Positions 20,106 to 29,971 of a stretch of 64,000 nt of DNA are shown one piece after another. The position numbers and the translations under genes were made by a program. The stretch's first letter is position 1. Each line of letters begins with the position of its first letter. The notes beneath the pieces are model-generated. The model was not told the DNA's origin. It did not search any database and was given only the letters and a program-made list of their open reading frames with translations. This DNA comes from an uncultured Lachnospiraceae bacterium (lineage in GTDB: Bacteria > Bacillota > Clostridia > Lachnospirales > Lachnospiraceae), in NCBI GenBank assembly GCA_902795795.1, contig CADBMM010000105.1, positions 1,382-65,381 of the forward strand, in the 5' to 3' direction.

Positions 20106-20928
20106 ATATTTTAAAAGACGCAGCAGCCTGGTAAAGGAGTATATCAATTCCCGTTACCACATTGCAGCCAAAGGCTGAAGCTTCGCGGAGCAGTTTGGTG
20201 TTAAGCGGATAATAAACGATATCCGCTACCGTATGATCAGGACGAAGCAGATAAGGATCCGGAACCACACTTTCATTATGATCCGGGTACCTGCCCTTAT
20301 ATGATGCGTTTACTACTATGTTGCTGCATGAAAGATCATATTCCACACACGCAATATCTGCCGGATCATGTATCGTGATCCGGCAATTTGTTTTTACGGC
20401 AAGTTTATAGGACAATTTTGCGGCGGAGGTAATACGCGGATCCGAAGGATCTGCGATCATGAAAACAGCTGCAGCACCGGATAGAGCGCATTTGCTGCAG
20501 ATGGCAAGGGCGGTTTCGCCGCAGCCAAATATCGTAATACAGCTGTCCTTTAATTTTACGCCTGCTTTTTCAACTGCATGTTTAAAGGCGTATCCCTTTG
20601 TATTATACCCGGTAAGCATACCGTCTTTTATCAGAACCGCATCGGCATAGTTTACCGCACGCGCAGTCGGATTCAGTTTATCGCACAGATAAGCCGTTAC
20701 GGCTTTCCCCGGAGACGTGACATTAAAACCGCAGAAGCCCATAAGCTTCAGTTCGTCAAGAAGAGAAGGGAATTCGTTCTTTCTGACGTCGAAAGACTCA
20801 TATACATAATTCAGGCCATACAGTCGATAAAGCGCATTCATGGCATCCGGCAGAAGTGAATTCTCGACAGGATGACCCAGAAGGCCGGTGAAAACTGTTG
20901 TCGTGTTGTTCTGTAAGCTTTTAGTCAT
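20014..20928 (-). CDS. Shikimate dehydrogenase (AroE)-like protein with non-canonical active-site and dinucleotide-binding motifs
   Basis: The AroE scaffold is recognisable: GLLGHPV, FNVTSPGK, GYNTKG, LLYQAA. However, NTD is replaced by NTK, HSxSP by ENSLLP and GAGGA by GCGET. The last 92 nt overlap the 3' end of rimM on the opposite strand. Confidence 0.7.
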   Translation of the reverse strand: MTKSLQNNTTTVFTGLLGHPVENSLLPDAMNALYRLYGLNYVYESFDVRKNEFPSLLDELKLMGFCGFNVTSPGKAVTAYLCDKLNPTARAVNYADAVLIKDGMLTGYNTKGYAFKHAVEKAGVKLKDSCITIFGCGETALAICSKCALSGAAAVFMIADPSDPRITSAAKLSYKLAVKTNCRITIHDPADIACVEYDLSCSNIVVNASYKGRYPDHNESVVPDPYLLRPDHTVADIVYYPLNTKLLREASAFGCNVVTGIDILLYQAAASFKIFTGLRAREADLRSLLPSLYRRTLCIEESQV

Positions 20929-21160
20929 GTTATATAAAAGTTTCCTCGATATTAGTAGACATAATGTGAGCGATCTTTATTATAGAGATTTATCCTGAAA
21001 AGTAAATTAATATTTTGATTATGGCGACAGATCAACGCATTAATGATATATGAAATCATAGATGCTTTAATGTCAACATGCCTTTGAATCAGCGAAAAAT
21101 ATTGTGAAATATGCTGGCTTGTGATATGCTAAATCAGATTAAATATTTATGAGGAAATAT

Positions 21161-21916
21161 ATGGATACAGAGCTCAGGGATCTTCTCTTTTCAGTGAAAA
21201 ACGGAGATACATCAGTTGACGAGGCGCTTTTAAAACTGAAAAAGCAGCCATATATAGATATCGGCTTTGCCAAGATCGATATGCACAGGAAACTGCGCAC
21301 AGGTCAGGCCGAAATGATCTACGGGGCCGGCAAGACAGCGGAGCAGATATCGGGGATCCTTACTGCAATGAAGGAGAACGGCCAGGACAGAGTGATCATT
21401 ACCCGGCTGTCGGAGGATAAAGCTGACGAAGTCGCCAAAGAGCATGAGATCAGGTATGTGAAAAATGCTTCCATAGCAGTGATGGGGGATATGCCGGAGC
21501 CTGACGGTACAGGAAAGATCGTTATTGCGACCGGCGGAACCAGCGACATCCCGGTTGCCGAGGAAGCCGCAATTACCGCGGAGATGCTTGGCAACGAAGT
21601 CGTAAGGCTTTACGATGTAGGAGTTGCCGGCCTTCACCGGATGCTTGATCATCTGGATGAGCTTATGACCGCAACTGTAATAATAGCAATAGCCGGAATG
21701 GAGGGAGCACTTGCAAGCGTCATTGGCGGAGTAGCTGAATGTCCTGTGATAGCTGTTCCTACAAGCGTTGGATACGGCGCTTCTTTCGGCGGAGTATCTG
21801 CACTTTTATCAATGCTTAATTCCTGCGCGAGCGGCGTTTCAGTTGTAAATATTGACAATGGATTCGGGGCCGGATTTCTCGCTAACAGGATCAACCATAT
21901 AAAGGGAGCAAAATGA
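21161..21916 (+). CDS. larB: LarB, nickel-pincer cofactor biosynthesis protein (PurE-like NaAD carboxylase/hydrolase)
   Basis: PurE-like core ATGGTSDIPVAEEA...DVGVAGLHR...AGMEGALASVIGG...PVIAVPTSVGYGASFGG. The ATG at 21161 follows a GAGGA RBS, whereas the upstream ATG at 21149 has none. Confidence 0.85.
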   Translation: MDTELRDLLFSVKNGDTSVDEALLKLKKQPYIDIGFAKIDMHRKLRTGQAEMIYGAGKTAEQISGILTAMKENGQDRVIITRLSEDKADEVAKEHEIRYVKNASIAVMGDMPEPDGTGKIVIATGGTSDIPVAEEAAITAEMLGNEVVRLYDVGVAGLHRMLDHLDELMTATVIIAIAGMEGALASVIGGVAECPVIAVPTSVGYGASFGGVSALLSMLNSCASGVSVVNIDNGFGAGFLANRINHIKGAK

Positions 21917-23136
21917 AGATATTATATATTGACTGTGGTATGGGCGCGGCCGGAGATATGCTTACGGCTGCCCTGACAGAGCTCCTTCCGGACAGGGAAA
22001 GCTTTTTGAAAAAACTCAAAGATGCAGCGCCTGACTGCATAGAATACAATCTGCTGCCTTCTGAAAAATGCGGTATACAGGGATCGCATATGTCCGTTTT
22101 TATTCACGGAGAAGAAGAGTCAGAGGAAATGCATGATCATAATCATGAAAATGAGCACGGGCATTGCGATATGCATGAGCATGACCATGGACATCATCAT
22201 AGCCATGCCGGTATGGAGGATATAAAGGAACGACTGAACTGCTTTGATATTCCGGAATCCGTTAAACAGGATGTCCTTGCAGTATATGAAATAATCGCAG
22301 AAGCAGAAAGCGCAGTGCATGGCGTACCTGTAAAAGAGATACATTTTCATGAGGTGGGAAGCATGGATGCGCTGGCGGATATAGCCGCCGTATGCATGCT
22401 GATGAAAGAAATATCACCAGATAAAGTCATTGCATCTCCGGTCCATACAGGAAGCGGTACTGTAAGATGTGCGCACGGCATCCTGCCGGTACCGGCGCCT
22501 GCGACAGCGCGCATTCTCGAAGGTATTCCGATATATGGCGGTGAGATAAAGGGAGAATTATGCACGCCTACCGGTGCAGCTCTCCTTAAGTATTTCGTCA
22601 ATGAGTATGGCGCCATGCCGGTCATACAGGTCCAAAAGATCGGATACGGCATGGGCAAAAAGGATTTTGAACGCGCTAATTGCGTGCGCGTAATGTTAGG
22701 TGAAAGCGGGATCGGAAAGGACGACGTTTATGAACTTTCCTGCAATCTCGATGATATGACCGGAGAAAGCATTGGATTTGCGATGGAACGAATTCTGGAA
22801 GCGGGCGCCAAAGATGTTTATACTGTTCCGATCGGCATGAAGAAATCCCGCCCGGGAATTATGCTCTGTGCTATATGCAGTGAAGATAAAAGAGGAGAGG
22901 TCGCTGAAACGATCTTACGTCACACCACGACTATCGGCGTTAGAGAAGCGCATTTCAACAGATATGTGCTTGACAGAGAGTTTTCCCAGGCAGAAACGCC
23001 ATATGGAACGATCCAGATAAAAACCAGCAAAGGGTACGGTACTGAAAAATGCAAGGCTGAATTCGACGATGTCTCACGTCTTGCCAAAGTAAACGGTCTT
23101 ACCCTGGATGAGATAAAAAAATCGGTGAATAAATAA
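21913..23136 (+). CDS. larC: LarC, nickel insertion protein (DUF111 family), uninterrupted full length
   Basis: ILYIDCGMGAAGDM N terminus, His-rich tract HDHNHENEHGHCDMHEHDHGHHHSH, HFHEVGSMDALADI motif, and a C-terminal LarC2-like domain in the same frame. Confidence 0.85.
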   Translation: MKILYIDCGMGAAGDMLTAALTELLPDRESFLKKLKDAAPDCIEYNLLPSEKCGIQGSHMSVFIHGEEESEEMHDHNHENEHGHCDMHEHDHGHHHSHAGMEDIKERLNCFDIPESVKQDVLAVYEIIAEAESAVHGVPVKEIHFHEVGSMDALADIAAVCMLMKEISPDKVIASPVHTGSGTVRCAHGILPVPAPATARILEGIPIYGGEIKGELCTPTGAALLKYFVNEYGAMPVIQVQKIGYGMGKKDFERANCVRVMLGESGIGKDDVYELSCNLDDMTGESIGFAMERILEAGAKDVYTVPIGMKKSRPGIMLCAICSEDKRGEVAETILRHTTTIGVREAHFNRYVLDREFSQAETPYGTIQIKTSKGYGTEKCKAEFDDVSRLAKVNGLTLDEIKKSVNK

Positions 23137-24524
23137 TGGAACTTGAAAAACAGCTTGATTACATAAAAAAATGTCAGGAGATCGTCAGAAGGTCTGCCGC
23201 CTTGAAAGGCAGACCTCTGACTTTTTATATTGAAACATTCGGCTGCCAGATGAATGAGAGAGATTCCGAGAAGCTCCGCGGAATACTCGAAGAGATCGGC
23301 TATGAACGCGGAGAAGGCGAAGAGTCCGATGTTGTCCTGTACAACACCTGCACAGTCCGTGAGAACGCAAATACACGCGTCTACGGACGTCTTGGTAAGC
23401 TTTCAAGTATAAAAAAAGGATCGCCGGATATGATCATCGGCCTTTGCGGCTGCATGATGCAGGAAGAACAGGTCGTCGAAAAGATAAAGAAAGACTTTAA
23501 GTTTGTAGATATAGTTTTCGGAACTCACAACATCTATGTTCTTGCTGAGCTTCTGTATAAAACACTGACTGAGAAAAAACAGATCATTGACGTGAGAGAG
23601 AAAGCGGATGAGATCGTGGAAGATCTGCCGGCGGACCGCACATACTTTTTCAAATCCGGCGTTAATATCATGTATGGCTGCGATAACTTCTGCAGTTACT
23701 GTATCGTGCCGTATGTGAGAGGAAGGGAAAGAAGCAGGGAGGCCAGGGATATCCTGAGGGAGTGTGAACGTCTTGCAAAAGACGGCGTACGTGAGCTCAT
23801 GCTTCTCGGGCAGAATGTAAATTCCTATGGAAAGAATCTGGATAATGGGATCAGCTTCGCTGAGTTACTGAAAGAAGTCTGCCGCGTGGACGGTATCGAC
23901 CGGGTTCGTTTTATGACCTCTCATCCTAAAGATCTTTCTGATGAGCTTATAAAGGTCATGGCGGAGGAAGAAAAGGTATGTCGCCATCTGCATCTCCCCA
24001 TGCAGTCAGGCAGCAGCAGGATCCTGAAAGCAATGAACCGGAGATACAGTAAGGAAGATTATCTTGATCTTGTCGGCAGGATCAGAACTGCAATGCCGGA
24101 CATTTCGCTTACCACGGATATTATTGTCGGATTTCCAACGGAAACGGAAGAGGATTTTCTTGAGACGCTGGACGTGGTAGACAAGGTCGGATTTGACAGT
24201 GCCTTTACCTTTATATATTCCATAAGATCAGGCACGCCTGCAGCTAAAATGGAGCAGGTGGATGAAGCCGTTATAAAAGACCGCTTTGACAGACTACTGA
24301 AACTTGTGCAGGAAAGAGCTGCCGAAAGATGTGCCAGGTTTGAAGGGCGGACCATGGATGTGCTTGTGGAATCGGTCAACAGGCAGGATAAGGATCTGGT
24401 TACAGGGCGGATAAGCAACAATCTTGTAGTCCATTTTGACGGGGATGAAAGTCTTATAGGGAAGATCGTTCCTGTTAAAATGGAAGAATGCAAAGGATTT
24501 TATTATATCGGCAAAAGAGCATGA
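23136..24524 (+). CDS. miaB: tRNA-2-methylthio-N6-dimethylallyladenosine synthase MiaB
   Basis: UPF0004 N domain (FYIETFGCQMNERDSE), radical-SAM CDNFCSYC and a TRAM C terminus. A 1-nt TAATG overlap links it to the larC stop. Confidence 0.9.
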   Translation: MELEKQLDYIKKCQEIVRRSAALKGRPLTFYIETFGCQMNERDSEKLRGILEEIGYERGEGEESDVVLYNTCTVRENANTRVYGRLGKLSSIKKGSPDMIIGLCGCMMQEEQVVEKIKKDFKFVDIVFGTHNIYVLAELLYKTLTEKKQIIDVREKADEIVEDLPADRTYFFKSGVNIMYGCDNFCSYCIVPYVRGRERSREARDILRECERLAKDGVRELMLLGQNVNSYGKNLDNGISFAELLKEVCRVDGIDRVRFMTSHPKDLSDELIKVMAEEEKVCRHLHLPMQSGSSRILKAMNRRYSKEDYLDLVGRIRTAMPDISLTTDIIVGFPTETEEDFLETLDVVDKVGFDSAFTFIYSIRSGTPAAKMEQVDEAVIKDRFDRLLKLVQERAAERCARFEGRTMDVLVESVNRQDKDLVTGRISNNLVVHFDGDESLIGKIVPVKMEECKGFYYIGKRA

Positions 24525-24537
24525 AAGAGGAAATAAA

Positions 24538-27153
24538 ATGCCTTTATCACCAATGATGCAGCATTATATGCAGATGAAAGAACAGTATCCCGACAGTCTG
24601 ATGTTCTACAGGCTCGGCGATTTCTACGAAATGTTCTTTGATGATGCGAAAACAGCTTCAAAAGAGCTTGAACTTACACTTACGGGCAGAGACTGCGGAC
24701 TTGAAGAACGCGCTCCGATGTGCGGCGTTCCTTTCCATGCTGCCGATACTTATATTGCAAGACTGGTAGAAAAGGGATATAAAGTTGCGATCTGCGAACA
24801 GGTGGAAGACCCCAGGGAAGCCAAGGGTATGGTCAAACGCGAGGTCACAAGGGTAGTGACGGCAGGCACCATAACCGATCAGGCCGGTCTGATAGACAAT
24901 AAGAACAATTATATCCTTTCCATATTCGTATCCTCACGAAATGCGGGGATCGCCGCTGCAGACATATCGACCGGAAGATGTATGGTAACGGAAACGGAAA
25001 GTCCCGAAAAGCTTACAGATGAACTTAATAAATTCATGCCAAGCGAACTGATATGCAACAGCGAAACTCTTCTGGGATGGCTTAATGCTGATCTTCTCCG
25101 CGAAAAAATGAATATTCTGGTCACCGAGCTTCCGGATCGTTATTTTGACGATAAGACGTGCGAAGAGGCGCTTTGCGCACAGTTTAACTGTTCTGCCGTA
25201 AATGGTCTTGGTATCTCGGATATGAAATTCGGGACGGCTGCCTGCGGCGCTTTATTCGGATATCTTTTTGATACGCAGAAAAGCCATATAGGACAGATCA
25301 CGGGCATTACGCCTTATTCGGTTGATGATTTCATGATCATTGACAGCTATACAAGGAGAAACCTGGAGCTTACCGAAACGATACGCGACAAATCAAGAAG
25401 AGGTTCGCTTTTATGGGTGCTTGACAGATCGCGTACGGCCATGGGCGCAAGAAAGCTGCGCGGAATGTTAGAGCAGCCTCTTAAGGATATTAAAAAGATC
25501 AACAGGCGGCTGGATTCCGTGGAAGCGCTTACGTCTCAGCCAATGCTGCGCGATGAGGCAAGGGAATACTTGGGCTCTGTTTACGATATGGAACGCCTGC
25601 TTTCAAGGATCGCCAACAATACGGCAAATCCCAGAGACCTTCTTGCCTTTAAATCATCACTTGAAAACCTTCCGTTCATAAGGCAGATACTCTGTAATTT
25701 CGACGATGAACTGCTGAAAGAGATAAGCGGCGATCTGGATCCGCTTGAAGATATTTGTGACCTTTTAAGCAGCGCTATCGACGATGATCCTCCGATATCA
25801 CTTCACGACGGCGGGATCATTAAAGCAGGCTTTAATGAGCAGGTCGATCATTACAGAAATGCAAAAAGCCAGGGCAAGCAGTGGCTGCTCGAGCTTGAAG
25901 AGAACGAAAAAGAACGCACACAGATCCCTAAACTTCGTATAAAGTACAACAGGGTCTTCGGATATTACATCGAGGTAACCAATTCTTTCAAAGATAAGGT
26001 CCCGGAGGATTATATCAGACGGCAGACCCTTGCCAACGCAGAACGCTACACGATGCCAAGGCTTAAAGAGCTTGAAAGCGATATACTTGGAGCCGAGGAA
26101 AAGCTTACTGTGCTGGAATACAATCTTTTCTGCGACATAAGGGATAAGATTTCAGAACACATAGGACGTATCCAGGGTACGGCCAATGCTGTCGCGATGC
26201 TGGACGCTTTATGTTCGCTTTCCCATGTAGCCATGAAGAACAGATATGTCCGGCCCTCGCTTAATTCGAAAGGAATTATCGACATTAAGGAAGGCCGCCA
26301 TCCGGTGGTGGAACAGTTATCAGGCGGCGAAATGTTTATTCCAAATGATACCTATCTGGACAGAGTAAGCAGTATCGATGTAATCACCGGACCTAATATG
26401 GCGGGAAAATCCACATATATGCGTCAGAGTGCACTTATTGTGCTGATGGCTCAGGTGGGTTCTTTCGTACCGGCCAAAAGTGCGGATATCGGCATCTGTG
26501 ACCGTATATTCACCCGTGTGGGGGCAAGCGATGACCTTTCATCCGGACAAAGCACCTTTATGGTCGAAATGACAGAGGTCGCGAATATTCTGAGGAATGC
26601 TACTGATAAAAGCCTGTTGATCCTCGATGAAATAGGGAGAGGTACCAGTACTTTCGATGGCCTGTCGATCGCATGGTCGGTAATTGAGTATATTTCAGAA
26701 TATATTAAGGCAAAAACCTTATTTGCGACCCATTACCATGAACTTACAGAACTGGAAGGCAAGATATCCGGCGTACGCAATTTCTGTATTGCGGTGAAAG
26801 AGCAGGGCGATGATATCGTTTTCCTCAGGAAGATCATCAGGGGCGGAGCCGACAAAAGCTACGGTATCCAGGTGGCCCGACTTGCCGGAGTACCCGAAAG
26901 GGTTCTGGAAAGGGCAAAAGAGCTTGTTGAGCAGCTGCTCGACGCAGATATTACCGAGACCGTAAAGGAGATCGCCACGAAGGCTCCCGAAGCAATAAAA
27001 GAAGAAACTTATGAGCAGCTTTCGCTGTTTGAAGGAAGCTCTGATAAGGAAATTATAAATGAGCTGGCGTCGGCAGATCTGACGACCACAACGCCGCTTG
27101 AAGCTTTGAACTTATTATACAGATTACAAAATGAGATCAAGATAAGATCATGA
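24538..27153 (+). CDS. mutS: DNA mismatch repair protein MutS
   Basis: TPMMQHYMQMKEQYPD, FYRLGDFYEMF and GPNMAGKST Walker A, 871 aa. Confidence 0.97.
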   Translation: MPLSPMMQHYMQMKEQYPDSLMFYRLGDFYEMFFDDAKTASKELELTLTGRDCGLEERAPMCGVPFHAADTYIARLVEKGYKVAICEQVEDPREAKGMVKREVTRVVTAGTITDQAGLIDNKNNYILSIFVSSRNAGIAAADISTGRCMVTETESPEKLTDELNKFMPSELICNSETLLGWLNADLLREKMNILVTELPDRYFDDKTCEEALCAQFNCSAVNGLGISDMKFGTAACGALFGYLFDTQKSHIGQITGITPYSVDDFMIIDSYTRRNLELTETIRDKSRRGSLLWVLDRSRTAMGARKLRGMLEQPLKDIKKINRRLDSVEALTSQPMLRDEAREYLGSVYDMERLLSRIANNTANPRDLLAFKSSLENLPFIRQILCNFDDELLKEISGDLDPLEDICDLLSSAIDDDPPISLHDGGIIKAGFNEQVDHYRNAKSQGKQWLLELEENEKERTQIPKLRIKYNRVFGYYIEVTNSFKDKVPEDYIRRQTLANAERYTMPRLKELESDILGAEEKLTVLEYNLFCDIRDKISEHIGRIQGTANAVAMLDALCSLSHVAMKNRYVRPSLNSKGIIDIKEGRHPVVEQLSGGEMFIPNDTYLDRVSSIDVITGPNMAGKSTYMRQSALIVLMAQVGSFVPAKSADIGICDRIFTRVGASDDLSSGQSTFMVEMTEVANILRNATDKSLLILDEIGRGTSTFDGLSIAWSVIEYISEYIKAKTLFATHYHELTELEGKISGVRNFCIAVKEQGDDIVFLRKIIRGGADKSYGIQVARLAGVPERVLERAKELVEQLLDADITETVKEIATKAPEAIKEETYEQLSLFEGSSDKEIINELASADLTTTTPLEALNLLYRLQNEIKIRS

Positions 27154-29015
27154 GCAGGATAGAAGTATTAGATAAAAAAACGATAGATTCCATAGCGGCC
27201 GGTGAAGTGGTCGAAAGACCCGCATCTGTGGCTAAAGAGCTTGTTGAGAACTCGATAGATGCCGGTGCGACGGTCATTACGGTCGAGATCAAAAACGGAG
27301 GGAAATCGCTTCTGCGTGTGACCGATAACGGCTGCGGGATACCTGAAGATCAGGTAAAACTTGCATTTTTACGACATGCTACCAGCAAGCTTCGCAGCAT
27401 AGATGAACTTACGTATATCCATTCACTGGGATTCCGCGGAGAAGCGCTTTCGAGTATTTCTGCAGTATCGCAGGTCGAGCTGATCACCCGGACTGAAGAC
27501 CATATCGAAGGTACGAGATACGTTATCGAAGGTGGAACTGAAAAGGCGTTCGAACAAGTCGGCGCGCCCTGCGGAACTACGTTTATAATGAAAAACCTGT
27601 TTTTCAATACGCCTGCCAGAGAAAAGTTTCTCAGATCCGCCCTTACTGAAGGAAATGCGGTAGCGTCATATATGGAGCAGCTGGCGCTTTCACATCCGGA
27701 TATTTCCTTTAATTTCATTTCCGACGGCCGACAGAAAATATATACATCCGGTTCCGGAGATCTTAAGGAATGTATATACCGTATCTACGGCAGGGAGATC
27801 ACGAACCAGCTCATAGAGGTGGACAGCAGGGATGGTGCGGTTACCATATACGGCTTCATCGGAAGGCCGGAGATATCCCGCGGAAACCGTAATTTTGAAA
27901 ACTTTTTTATTAACGGCAGATATGTAAAAAACAATATCATATCATCAGCTCTTGAAGAAGCGTACAGAGGGCATCTTATGCAGCACAGATATCCCTTTAC
28001 ACTTCTTGATATTAAGATGGACCCTGAAAAGGTCGATGTGAACGTGCATCCCGCTAAAATGGAGGTGCGTTTTTCGGATCAAAGAGAGATCTTCGATTCT
28101 GTGCGCGACATCATTGAGCGTGCACTTATAAAAAATGAAGAAGTACCATCTGTACCTGCCGCATATATCGGAAACAAAACCGTGCAGCCTGCAATTAAGC
28201 AGCCTGAAGCATATAAACCTTTTATAGAACCCTTATATCTTAACGAGCAGAAAGCTGATTATAAAAATGAAACTTCCACTGAGAAAACAGTTTCTGTTTC
28301 ACAGGATCCAAGACCGGTAAGATATCCGGAAGCATTTGAGAAAAACAGATCTGAAAAGACCAAAGAGAGCGAGCCGAAGATCGAGATCAATGAGATAGTC
28401 CGCGAGAAACAGCTTTCATTTTTTGACGAAGAAAACAAGGATGATATTAAATTCCGTATAATCGGTCAGGTATTCAGGACTTTCATCCTTATCGAATATA
28501 ACGATCTTTTCTATATCATTGACCAGCATGCAGCGCACGAGAAGGTCATGTATGAAAAGATAATGCGTCAGCTTCGTGAAAGCCGGATCACCACACAGTA
28601 TCTGATGCCTGCGAAGCTTGCTGTGCTGACCGCTAAGGAAGATGAGCTCCTTCGCCAGAATCTTGACAGATTCACAGCCCTGGGATTTGAAGTGGAGCCT
28701 TTTGAAGGCCGGGAATGGCGGATCACCGGAGTGCCGGCAAATCTCTATATAGATGATCCGGGAGAGCTTTTCAAGGAAGTGCTTGACGGCCTTGAAAGTC
28801 AGTCCGGAACGAACGATATGCTGCTTGACAAGATGGCTTCCCGTGCCTGCAAGGCTGCTGTAAAGGCAAATAACAGTCTTTCGGATGAGGAGATAAAGGC
28901 TCTTGTGAATGATCTTTTAAAGCTTGACGATCCTTACCATTGTCCGCATGGCAGGCCGACGCTGATCTCAATGTCGCATTATGAACTTGATAAAAAGTTC
29001 AAAAGGATAGTCTGA
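27150..29015 (+). CDS. mutL: DNA mismatch repair protein MutL
   Basis: IAAGEVVERPASVAKELVENSIDAG and DNGCGI (GHKL ATPase), with a C-terminal dimerisation domain containing DQHAAHEK and CPHGRP. Confidence 0.95.
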   Translation: MSRIEVLDKKTIDSIAAGEVVERPASVAKELVENSIDAGATVITVEIKNGGKSLLRVTDNGCGIPEDQVKLAFLRHATSKLRSIDELTYIHSLGFRGEALSSISAVSQVELITRTEDHIEGTRYVIEGGTEKAFEQVGAPCGTTFIMKNLFFNTPAREKFLRSALTEGNAVASYMEQLALSHPDISFNFISDGRQKIYTSGSGDLKECIYRIYGREITNQLIEVDSRDGAVTIYGFIGRPEISRGNRNFENFFINGRYVKNNIISSALEEAYRGHLMQHRYPFTLLDIKMDPEKVDVNVHPAKMEVRFSDQREIFDSVRDIIERALIKNEEVPSVPAAYIGNKTVQPAIKQPEAYKPFIEPLYLNEQKADYKNETSTEKTVSVSQDPRPVRYPEAFEKNRSEKTKESEPKIEINEIVREKQLSFFDEENKDDIKFRIIGQVFRTFILIEYNDLFYIIDQHAAHEKVMYEKIMRQLRESRITTQYLMPAKLAVLTAKEDELLRQNLDRFTALGFEVEPFEGREWRITGVPANLYIDDPGELFKEVLDGLESQSGTNDMLLDKMASRACKAAVKANNSLSDEEIKALVNDLLKLDDPYHCPHGRPTLISMSHYELDKKFKRIV

Positions 29016-29971
29016 TGAAAAAACCTCTTATCGTTGTGACGGGGCCGACAGCCGTCGGAAAAACAGCTGTCTCCGTAATGCTGGCGAAAAGAATAAACGG
29101 ATCGGTGATCTCAGCTGATTCCATGCAGGTCTATAAAGGTATGGATATAGGCTCAGCGAAGGTCACGCAGGAAGAAATGCAGGGCGTTGCACATTATCTT
29201 ATAGATATACTTGACCCTAAGGATGAGTTTAATGTCTATATCTTCAAAAAAATGGCGGAAGAGGCAATCTCTGATATTTACGCCAGGGGAAAGATTCCAG
29301 TGATCGCCGGAGGAACAGGCTTTTATATACAGGCCCTTCTTTATGATATCGATTTTACCGAGACTGATGAGGATGAAGAAGCACGGTCTGAAATGCGGAA
29401 ATTCGCAGATCGATACGGAACGAGGGCGCTTCATGACAAATTGCGTATGGTAGATCCTGCTTCAGCAGATGCGATACATGAAAATAATGTAAAACGCGTG
29501 ATAAGAGCCCTGGAATATTACGAAAAGACCGGCAGGAGGATTTCCGAGCATAACGAGGAACAAAGGTCAAATGTTTCTCCTTATGATTTTGAATACTTTG
29601 TAATCAATGATGAGCGAGCCGTTCTTTACGATCGTATAAACAAAAGGGTAGATGAAATGATAAGCGCCGGACTTGAGGCCGAGGTCAGGGCGCTTTACGA
29701 TGCCGGGATGAGGGAAGAAGATATTTCCATGAAAGGCATTGGATACAGAGAATTCTTTCCATATTTTGAAGACAGGATCACCTTAAATGATGTTATAGAG
29801 AACATCAAAGCTGATACAAGGCATTTTGCAAAACGGCAGCTGACCTGGTTCAGGCGGGAACGCGATGTGAAATGGATAGACATGAGAGAATTCGGCCGGG
29901 ATAAAGAAAAAATCACCGATTATATGATATCGGTTGCAAAAAAAGACGGACTGATCGGAGAACAGATATGA
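29015..29971 (+). CDS. miaA: tRNA dimethylallyltransferase MiaA
   Basis: GPTAVGKT P-loop, SADSMQVYKGMDIGSAK and GGTGFY motifs. Confidence 0.95.
   Translation: MKKPLIVVTGPTAVGKTAVSVMLAKRINGSVISADSMQVYKGMDIGSAKVTQEEMQGVAHYLIDILDPKDEFNVYIFKKMAEEAISDIYARGKIPVIAGGTGFYIQALLYDIDFTETDEDEEARSEMRKFADRYGTRALHDKLRMVDPASADAIHENNVKRVIRALEYYEKTGRRISEHNEEQRSNVSPYDFEYFVINDERAVLYDRINKRVDEMISAGLEAEVRALYDAGMREEDISMKGIGYREFFPYFEDRITLNDVIENIKADTRHFAKRQLTWFRRERDVKWIDMREFGRDKEKITDYMISVAKKDGLIGEQI

Noticed and set aside
22126-22200. Low-complexity His/Asp/Glu-coding stretch in larC that looks like a simple repeat.
   Set aside because: It is the known His-rich metal-binding region of LarC-type proteins, not an independent repeat element.
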